From a virus, in IMG/VR virus record IMGVR_UViG_3300036759_000025, positions 1-64,000 of that record: a stretch of DNA of 64,000 nt. One strand, given 5' to 3'. The translations under genes and the position numbers were made by a program. A model generated the notes under the pieces. It worked only from the letters and a program-made list of their open reading frames with translations, was not told the origin of the DNA and did no database searches. Each line of letters opens with the position of its first letter. Position 1 is the stretch's first letter. Shown here piece after piece: positions 46,129 to 53,244 of this stretch.

Positions 46129-47213
46129 GCAGGATGGAGTTCTGGTCAAGAATCGGTCTTGCCAAGGAGATTGATCCGCTCACAACGGCGGCGTACAAGT
46201 TCGGGGCGCTCAAGCGGCAGCTACAGAGCGATCAGGGCGAGGATCACTCCGATCCCTGGCACCTGAGCTTCCACGGCTCCCAGTTCCCTGGAGACAACCC
46301 GCACGCCTGCTCCCGGCTGGCTCTGTACCGGATGATGGACTTCACCCGGCCAGTCATGAAGCGTTGGCTGGAACAGGTCGCTGAGTCTGGCAAGGCGATT
46401 GAGAACAGCTTGGTTGCCAAATGGTACTACGCGGGCTATCTCGTTAGCCCGCCGTCGTTCCTGCCGGACGTGCTCCAGCTTCAGTACGAGGACGAGGACC
46501 ACTGGTTGACATGCACGACCGATGCGATCGTGTGCTGGCCCAGAACGGTTGAACCAATCGTCTGTGAGGTCAAGAGCAAGGAGGCTGCCGTCATCCGGGC
46601 GATGCAGCGGCTCACACGTGGTCCAGATCGCAAGCACGTATGGCAGATCAAGACCGAGATCGCGCTGGCTCATGAGGCTGGAGAGATTGTCAAGCTGCGT
46701 TGCATCAACAGCGGGCGGTTTGCCATTATTGCAGGGGAAAACGAGGTCTGTCCGCTGCACGGTGGTACCAAGTGTCTTGAAGAAGTCACGCTCAAAGCGC
46801 CGGATCGGGGCTATCTCTACTACGTGAGTCGTGACAATCCGGAGGACACGTTCGAGTTCATGTTCGAGTACGACCCGAACTGGATCAACATCGGGCGCTC
46901 GAAGCTACGGCGCTGGCGCGAATGGTTCAAGACCGACACGCTGCCTGCCACCAACTTCTCCGACAAGCGTTACTCGCACCCATTCGGTTGGCAATGGACC
47001 AAGGATGAGTACCCGTGCAAGTTCTGTGACTACGGCCAGATCTGCCGGGACGATCACAAGCTGGCTGTCAGTCGTGGTACTACGATCGCGCTGACGGAGA
47101 GCGCTGGGGTCGAGGACACACGCGAGATCCGTGAGGCGTACGACCCTGCGCACGCGAGAGCCGCTGTGATGGCGTTCTGGAAGCGCCGCAACGGCTCACG
47201 GATGGCGGCGTAG
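46119..47213 (+). CDS. Cas4/RecB-like PD-(D/E)XK exonuclease with Fe-S cysteines
   Basis: TTDAIVCW...IVCEVKSKE (D...ExK), one N-terminal Cys (PHACSRL) and a C-terminal CKFCDYGQIC triad (C...CxxCx5C). Confidence 0.6.
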   Translation: MGLSRMEFWSRIGLAKEIDPLTTAAYKFGALKRQLQSDQGEDHSDPWHLSFHGSQFPGDNPHACSRLALYRMMDFTRPVMKRWLEQVAESGKAIENSLVAKWYYAGYLVSPPSFLPDVLQLQYEDEDHWLTCTTDAIVCWPRTVEPIVCEVKSKEAAVIRAMQRLTRGPDRKHVWQIKTEIALAHEAGEIVKLRCINSGRFAIIAGENEVCPLHGGTKCLEEVTLKAPDRGYLYYVSRDNPEDTFEFMFEYDPNWINIGRSKLRRWREWFKTDTLPATNFSDKRYSHPFGWQWTKDEYPCKFCDYGQICRDDHKLAVSRGTTIALTESAGVEDTREIREAYDPAHARAAVMAFWKRRNGSRMAA

Positions 47214-47250
47214 AGCCAACCACGACGAATCCGCACGGCTCGCCGGGACC

Positions 47251-47264
47251 TGCTATGATCCCAG
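47251..47264 (+). promoter_or_regulatory. candidate extended -10 promoter (TGCTATGATCCCAG)
   Basis: TGn-TATGAT at 47251-47259 in the 138-nt intergenic region upstream of ATG 47352. The same CTATGATCCCAG 12-mer occurs on the minus strand at 28722-28733. Confidence 0.35.
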
Positions 47265-47351
47265 GTCGGGTCGGGCTCTGGTTGGTTCTTCGTCGTTCTC
47301 GGCTGGGGTCCGACCCACATCAACATCGTTGACAAACAACAAGGAGGACTT

Positions 47352-49013
47352 ATGCCGACACGGCAGAGGTCGCGGCCCAAGCCGCAAGAGGCAGCGGAAC
47401 TGAAGCTGGACGATGCCCACGCGATTGCCGTTCTGGACAAGGCAGTCGAGTACGAGGTCATCGATGAAGACAAGGTGCCTGACAACAAGCGCCAGCGTCT
47501 CACAGCCGCCGCCGAGCAAGTCGATCTCCTGATCGAAGCCTGGACCACGGGCGGCATCAGCCCCTACTCGGACGACGAGGAGAAGGCCGAGATGGGGAAG
47601 GCGATCCAGGACATCCTGGACATCGCCGGGGTCGAGATCGATGAGGATGGCAACGTCACCTACGGTGACCTGCCCGATCTGGAGGACGGCGGCGAGGCCG
47701 ACGATGACAACGAGGGTGGCGAAGACGGCGAGGCTGCCTTCGACATCGAGGACATCATCGAGGGCTATCCCGAACTGTCCGCCGCCAGTCGATGCAAGGC
47801 AATCGACAAGCTCGAACTCGACATGGACGACGACGACGACTACAACACGTCGGTTTCCATCTGGGAGTGGGAGAACGCTCAGGAAAAGCCGTCCGGCCGG
47901 GTGATGAACTACCTGGAGGAGATGTGGCCCGCCGAAGGCGAGGGCGAGGCCCCTGCCGACGACGACGAGGACGCCGAGGCTGCCGGTGACGGCGACGGTG
48001 AGGAGAGCGAGGGCGGCTGGGAGCAGCCCTGGACCAAGCGGGATGGCGCTCCCGCCGACTACGACAAGATGTCAGCCGTCGATGTCAAGAAGTACCTCGA
48101 CAAGATGCTGGCCAAGGACGAACTGTCAGCCGAGTTGCTCCAGTACGTCATCGACTACGAGACGCAGCGCGAGAAGCCGCCGACGCGCAAGCGCATCCTC
48201 GACCATGCCAACAAGATGATGGGCGATGTCGAAGGCGAGGGCGACAACGAGCCGGAAGCCGACGAGGAGCCGCCCGCTCGCGCCGGTCGCCCGACAGCGG
48301 CCCGCCGCACCCGCACCCGCACCAGCCGGGACCCCGACGACCAGGACGACGCCGACGACGCCGTGGCGCGCGATGACGAGCGCGATGCCAGGCGGGCTGC
48401 CGCCGAGGGCGAGGAAGAGGAGTGGGACGAGGAGGCCCTGCTGGAGTACGTGCCCGGTGGGCTGGCAACCGCGTTCGTCAACGCCAGGCTGCATGACAAG
48501 GCCCTGGAGATCGCGGGCCTGGGTGAGCCGGGGGAGTGGGACGGCGAGATGCCCGAGCTTCCCGAGGACATCGCCACGATGGACCACGATGCGCTCAGCA
48601 ACCTGCTGGCCGACTTCGCCGTCTGCCTCAGCACTGCCTACTGGTTCGCCACGAAGGCGCGCATCGAGCGCATCTTCTACGACCAGATCGTGGAGTACAT
48701 GGAGGCGATCTCGGTCCTGGAGTCCGAGGAGAGCAGCGAGCAGAAGCGCAAGGCGGATGCCGCCACGCAACCTGCCGTCGTCGTTGCCAAGGCGCTTGCC
48801 GCCACGGCCACCAGCGACATGCACCGCTTCCAGACAATGGCCAGCAACCTGAAGCTCAAGCACGCCACGGTGAGCCGCGTCGGCGGCTTCGTCGGTGACG
48901 AGGTGGAGGCCGAGGAGCAGGAGCAGGCCCCGCGCATCAGCAGCCGTGGCAGGGCGGCTGGCGCAGAGCGCGCGGCTGGCGGCGCACGGCGGCAGCGTCC
49001 GCGTCGGCGCTAA
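47352..49013 (+). CDS. large highly acidic protein with Arg-rich C-terminus (hypothetical)
   Basis: 553 aa with SD AAGGAGG. Long D/E tracts (DLEDGGEADDDNEGGEDGE, DMDDDDDY, DDDEDAEAAGDGDGEESEGG). Ends in ARRQRPRRR. Confidence 0.6.
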   Translation: MPTRQRSRPKPQEAAELKLDDAHAIAVLDKAVEYEVIDEDKVPDNKRQRLTAAAEQVDLLIEAWTTGGISPYSDDEEKAEMGKAIQDILDIAGVEIDEDGNVTYGDLPDLEDGGEADDDNEGGEDGEAAFDIEDIIEGYPELSAASRCKAIDKLELDMDDDDDYNTSVSIWEWENAQEKPSGRVMNYLEEMWPAEGEGEAPADDDEDAEAAGDGDGEESEGGWEQPWTKRDGAPADYDKMSAVDVKKYLDKMLAKDELSAELLQYVIDYETQREKPPTRKRILDHANKMMGDVEGEGDNEPEADEEPPARAGRPTAARRTRTRTSRDPDDQDDADDAVARDDERDARRAAAEGEEEEWDEEALLEYVPGGLATAFVNARLHDKALEIAGLGEPGEWDGEMPELPEDIATMDHDALSNLLADFAVCLSTAYWFATKARIERIFYDQIVEYMEAISVLESEESSEQKRKADAATQPAVVVAKALAATATSDMHRFQTMASNLKLKHATVSRVGGFVGDEVEAEEQEQAPRISSRGRAAGAERAAGGARRQRPRRR

Positions 49014-49031
49014 CAACTGGCGACCATGCCA

Positions 49032-49068
49032 GGGGGAGGGGAAGTGCTGCCGGTGCTTCCCCTCCTCT
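49032..49068 (+). terminator. strong GC-rich hairpin after the acidic-protein gene
   Basis: GGAGGGGAAG-tgctgccggtg-CTTCCCCTCC (10 perfect bp, extendable by G.U/G-C pairs). Starts 19 nt after the stop at 49013. Confidence 0.55.
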
Positions 49069-49074
49069 AGCATC

Positions 49075-49359
49075 ATGATTGACTACGAGCAACTGGACGA
49101 CGCTCGCTCAGAGATCATGCGGCTCTGCCGCCGCGAGCGTCCTAAGTACAAGTCGCTTGATACAACAGGGCCGTCCATCGAGGCGGCTCTTCTGGTTGTG
49201 GGGTTCGAGGTCGTTGGAGCAGGCGACTTCGCCAGAGAGGTCACCGCTGCCAACATGATGCGCATCCGTCAGTCGCGGCGGCAGTACCGGGTTGATCTCT
49301 TCACAGCCTGCTACCTCAGTGGCATGACGACAGGTGCCATGGCAGAACGCAGACGATGA
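49075..49359 (+). CDS. hypothetical protein
   Basis: 94 aa from the first ATG after the terminator hairpin. No SD. Confidence 0.35.
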   Translation: MIDYEQLDDARSEIMRLCRRERPKYKSLDTTGPSIEAALLVVGFEVVGAGDFAREVTAANMMRIRQSRRQYRVDLFTACYLSGMTTGAMAERRR

Positions 49360-50000
49360 GCCAACTGGTCCCTGAGGGTACGGTTCTGTGGCTGGACGGC
49401 TGGCTACACGTCGGCCGGTACATCGGGGCGATCGACTGCTATCGTACGTCGGCTGGACTAGCAGCACGCTGGATCATCGAGAGCGCTTACGAGCGCAAGG
49501 CTAAGGGTGGCATGAGGTCGGTTGGCATTGACATCTCCAAGAAGGAGTACAGCGCCGCCGCCTTGGCTGTTGGTGGCAAGCCGACTGCTGTTGTTGCGTG
49601 GCGTAATAAGTTCTCCAATGACAGTGAGCCTGTTCAGCTTGAGCGCTTCTACACGTGGCTCGTCTTCCAGCTTGGCATCTTCAAGCCGGACATCATCGCT
49701 GTCGAGGAGCTTGCAGTCTTCATGAACAAGAACACGATCAGGACGCTGGCACGGCGGGAGGGCGTTGCCCTGCTGGCTGCCAAGAAGCGTAACGGTTCGA
49801 TCGTTCTGAACCCATCGATCGGCCGTGCTCGCAATGCTGTCTTCGGAGTTCCCATGAACACCTCCAAGGAGGTAGCATGGGAGTTGATGCGGGAGCGCTA
49901 TCCGGACTTCAAGTTCGCAAACTCCAACCAGGGTGGCATGGATCAGGCCGACGCCCTCACTCATGCGCTGGCTGCGCCAACTTTGCTTGAGCGCGGGTGA
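49356..50000 (+). CDS. RuvC-like Holliday junction resolvase
   Basis: VGIDISKKEY (Asp), IIAVEELAVF (Glu) and DQADALTHALAA (Asp/His) are arranged as in the RuvC/RNase H-fold resolvases. Confidence 0.55.
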   Translation: MSQLVPEGTVLWLDGWLHVGRYIGAIDCYRTSAGLAARWIIESAYERKAKGGMRSVGIDISKKEYSAAALAVGGKPTAVVAWRNKFSNDSEPVQLERFYTWLVFQLGIFKPDIIAVEELAVFMNKNTIRTLARREGVALLAAKKRNGSIVLNPSIGRARNAVFGVPMNTSKEVAWELMRERYPDFKFANSNQGGMDQADALTHALAAPTLLERG

Positions 50001-50620
50001 GCATCGATGCCCGGACGGCGGGCATAGGTCGTCGTAACTGCAAGCGCTGCACCAGGTGGAAGCACAACGTCGAGTTCCGCTGGCGCTGGCGGATGCGCCA
50101 GGTTGCTGGGCGACCGCGACGAGCCCCTGCTCCGACGATCGATGTCATCTGTGTTGTCTGTCGTCGGGAGGAAGAGCGCGAACGCTATGCCAACAAGACT
50201 GCTGAGGAGAAGCAGGAGCTTGGCAGGCGAGCTAACAACAACACTCGCCTGCGCCGCCAGCGGGAGTATGAGCTTCAAGAGTCGTTGCGGGCCACTGTCA
50301 AGGTGCTTGCTGGAACTGAGAAGAAGCTGCGTGGTGACACGCTGCTCCCGCTCATGCCATTCAGGCTGTGGTTGCTGAGCCATCTCAAGGAATACGGTGG
50401 GCTGGCCGGACTTGCCAAGCGAGTACGGCTGTCAGAGGACACGATTTTGCCGTATTTGGAGGGGATTTGGTGGGAGACGGACTGCCGCCCGCATCCCCTG
50501 GATGGGGTCCGGCTGGGGTTCGTGGACAGCTTCTTCACGCGCCTGGCGATCCCTGACCAGTTGGTTGTCATTTACCCTCTGATGGACGAACTAGACGCAG
50601 AGACTTACAGGGATGAGTAG
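49997..50620 (+). CDS. hypothetical zinc-ribbon protein
   Basis: 207 aa. NCKRC...x...ICVVCRRE cysteine pairs and an Arg-rich central helix. Confidence 0.45.
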   Translation: MSIDARTAGIGRRNCKRCTRWKHNVEFRWRWRMRQVAGRPRRAPAPTIDVICVVCRREEERERYANKTAEEKQELGRRANNNTRLRRQREYELQESLRATVKVLAGTEKKLRGDTLLPLMPFRLWLLSHLKEYGGLAGLAKRVRLSEDTILPYLEGIWWETDCRPHPLDGVRLGFVDSFFTRLAIPDQLVVIYPLMDELDAETYRDE

Positions 50621-50631
50621 AATGGCCTGCT

Positions 50632-51450
50632 ATGGCAGCAGAACTGGTCCCGGCAGACCCGGAGCGGAGCGGGTCCATAGGGCTCACATCGACGCAGGTC
50701 AACGCCCTGGAGCAGCTTCACCGGCTGGGTGCGCAGCCACGGGCGAACCCTGACGACAAGTACGACTCCAACCCACAGATCCGTGCCCTCCAGATGGTCT
50801 TCGAGGGGCGCTTCGGTGGCGGGCCACGTACCACTCGCAGCCGCCAGCAGCGGATCTCAGTCGGCCTCACTGAGTACGTCCGTGGCCATCTCGGCAAGAA
50901 GGTCCAGAAGGCCCTGGACCGCGCGCTCAAGGCGGATGCGGGGGAACGCATCAACCTGGATGCCATCAAGCTGATTGTCGAGATGGAGCACAAGGAAGCC
51001 AAGCTCCAACTCAGTGAAGACCAGGCTGACATCGACAACCAGACCAAGGAGGAACTGCTAGCAACCCTCTTTGAACTCGTCCAAGATGCACAGACAGCGA
51101 GCGTGATCAATGCCACCTTCAGCGACATCACCCCGCAGCCCTCCGAAGAAAATCTCCTTGCGCTCAGTCAGGAAGTCAAGCGGCGTGAGCAGAGCGATGC
51201 CGCCAGAGCCCGCGCGGCCCGATCCCGAGCCCGAGCCCGTGCATCCGCTGCTGAGAGCGGCGAACGCAACGGAGATTCATCCGACGCTTCTGCAAATGGG
51301 TCTGACACTGGACGTACTCGACAGCATGGACGCCGAGTCCCTGCGAGCGATCGTCCAGCGCGTCCAGACCCTATCCCGGAAGCTGCGCTACGACGGGCCG
51401 CAGACCGACGACGAGCTTCACGAGTGGGTAAAGCAGAACCTCCACGTTGA
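50632..51450 (+). CDS. putative small terminase subunit; 3' third is probably out-of-frame overlap
   Basis: 272-aa ORF directly upstream of TerL. Codon bias is good to about 51200. After that, third positions turn A/T-rich and the product turns Arg/Ser/Ala-rich. Confidence 0.3.
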   Translation: MAAELVPADPERSGSIGLTSTQVNALEQLHRLGAQPRANPDDKYDSNPQIRALQMVFEGRFGGGPRTTRSRQQRISVGLTEYVRGHLGKKVQKALDRALKADAGERINLDAIKLIVEMEHKEAKLQLSEDQADIDNQTKEELLATLFELVQDAQTASVINATFSDITPQPSEENLLALSQEVKRREQSDAARARAARSRARARASAAESGERNGDSSDASANGSDTGRTRQHGRRVPASDRPARPDPIPEAALRRAADRRRASRVGKAEPPR

Positions 51451-53233
51451 CATCCCGCGTGTCGCGGTCTGCCCGGACCACGTTGCGCCGTTCAAGTTCC
51501 TAGCGGATCTCTACTTCGAGCGCACTTCAGCGGCGCTCGCTCTTGCAAATCGTGGTGGTAGTAAGACGTTCATCGTCGCTTGCCTCCACTTCCTCAACTC
51601 GACTTACAAGCCTGGTTGTGAGTCGATGTCGTTCGGTGCCACCGAGGGTCAGGGCCAACGCTGCTACCAGCACATCGAGGACTGGTGCTACAAGCGCGAC
51701 GAGGAGACTGGCCGTCGTACGAACGAGGTCAAGGACTTCATCCAGGACAAGCCGCTGAAGTCGCACACCGTCTGGAAGACCGGCTCCCGTGTCGAGGTCG
51801 TCGCCGGTTCAGAGAACGCCGTCTCTGGCCCGCATCCTGCCAAGGCTCATGCCGACGAGATTGACATGATGGAGCAGGCAGTGTGGAACCAGTCTCGCGG
51901 TATGGCTGTGTCGCTTCCTGCCAAGGGTCCGCTGCCAACCTTCATGTCACACTTCCATGGTGTAATCCCGCCGCAGGACATCGCCACCAGCACCAGGAAC
52001 TCGCTCAAGGGCAGGATGCAGGACATCCTGGACGAGATCTCGGATGACATCAAGGCTGGTGACATCCCCCAGTTCGATGTCTACACCTGGTGCATCTGGG
52101 AGACGGTGGCCGAGGTGCCCAACTGCCAGTGCGCTCCTCAGGAACAGCGTGAGGCGCGGCTACGATCGCTCGGCCTGCCGATCACCGATCTCTGCCAGTG
52201 CCACCGGGTTGCCAAGGGCATCTGGGGGATGGACTCTCCTGCCAGCCACCTTGTCGGTGAGCGCCGACGCTTGGTCCACGTCTGCGCCGTCTACGACGCT
52301 GGCGATCCGACAAACACCAAGCCGATTGATGGCAAGGCGTTCCACTCGCGCGGCTGGAAGCCGTACGTGGATCTCGTTCGCAGCTTCAAGCGCAACACGC
52401 CTGGTACCTGGGTGCTCCAGCATGAGTGTAGAGAAGGCCGGGACGAGAATGTTTACATCCCAAACTGGAGCTTGTCAACCTACGGGGTACGCAGCTACGA
52501 GCCACATCCGCTGTACGGACCGATCTATCAGGGCGTGGACTGGGGTACTGATCACCCGGCTTGCGTACTGTGGTTCCAGTATTTGACATGCGAGGTGCCA
52601 GCACTTGACTTCGAGTACCAGCCAATCTACTTGGCACCTGGTACTTATGTGCTGTTCAAGGAGATCTACGTGGCCGGGATCTCCACCGAGACGTTGGCCC
52701 AGCGGGTTGTCAACCAGGAGCAGATGTACCGCAACGAGTATGGGCCAGCCTGGAGCGTCAAGGGCCGCTTCTGCGACCCCGCAGGGGCCGGGGACCGCCT
52801 CACCTTCGCCAACTACGACCTGAAGTCGTCCTGGCCCTACAAAACGCGCAACAAGGCGCGTATGATTGAGACGGTTCAGAACCTCGTGATCGATGACATG
52901 TTCGCTGTCGATGTCGAGTGCGAGATGTTCTGTGAAGAAGTCGAGATCTGGCAGAAGAACCCCAAGACCGACAAGGAACTTGACAAGTTCAACCACGCAA
53001 TGGCGGCTTGGCGCTACGGCATCAGCAATGCCGAGGTGCTGGAGTCCGCCAAACGTAAGAAGCTGGGTGGCAATCAGCCGACAGCCAATCAGGGTGGCAG
53101 AAGGGACCGGCAGTTGCTCGTCGTGAGCGCAGCCCGTCGTCCTCCGGTCGCTGACTACCAGCGCAACTATGGAAGCGTTGCGTTCAGTGGGGGCACGGGT
53201 GCACCGCTTGATCCTCGATTCATGATCAGATAA
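51197..53233 (+). CDS. terL: large terminase subunit
   Basis: ALANRGGSKTF (Walker A-like) and AHADEIDMM (Walker B-like), with a nuclease-half size C-terminus. GC-rich third positions begin at about 51197. Alternative starts at 51110 and 51296. Confidence 0.7.
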   Translation: MPPEPARPDPEPEPVHPLLRAANATEIHPTLLQMGLTLDVLDSMDAESLRAIVQRVQTLSRKLRYDGPQTDDELHEWVKQNLHVDIPRVAVCPDHVAPFKFLADLYFERTSAALALANRGGSKTFIVACLHFLNSTYKPGCESMSFGATEGQGQRCYQHIEDWCYKRDEETGRRTNEVKDFIQDKPLKSHTVWKTGSRVEVVAGSENAVSGPHPAKAHADEIDMMEQAVWNQSRGMAVSLPAKGPLPTFMSHFHGVIPPQDIATSTRNSLKGRMQDILDEISDDIKAGDIPQFDVYTWCIWETVAEVPNCQCAPQEQREARLRSLGLPITDLCQCHRVAKGIWGMDSPASHLVGERRRLVHVCAVYDAGDPTNTKPIDGKAFHSRGWKPYVDLVRSFKRNTPGTWVLQHECREGRDENVYIPNWSLSTYGVRSYEPHPLYGPIYQGVDWGTDHPACVLWFQYLTCEVPALDFEYQPIYLAPGTYVLFKEIYVAGISTETLAQRVVNQEQMYRNEYGPAWSVKGRFCDPAGAGDRLTFANYDLKSSWPYKTRNKARMIETVQNLVIDDMFAVDVECEMFCEEVEIWQKNPKTDKELDKFNHAMAAWRYGISNAEVLESAKRKKLGGNQPTANQGGRRDRQLLVVSAARRPPVADYQRNYGSVAFSGGTGAPLDPRFMIR

Positions 53234-53244
53234 CAGCGAGGTAG

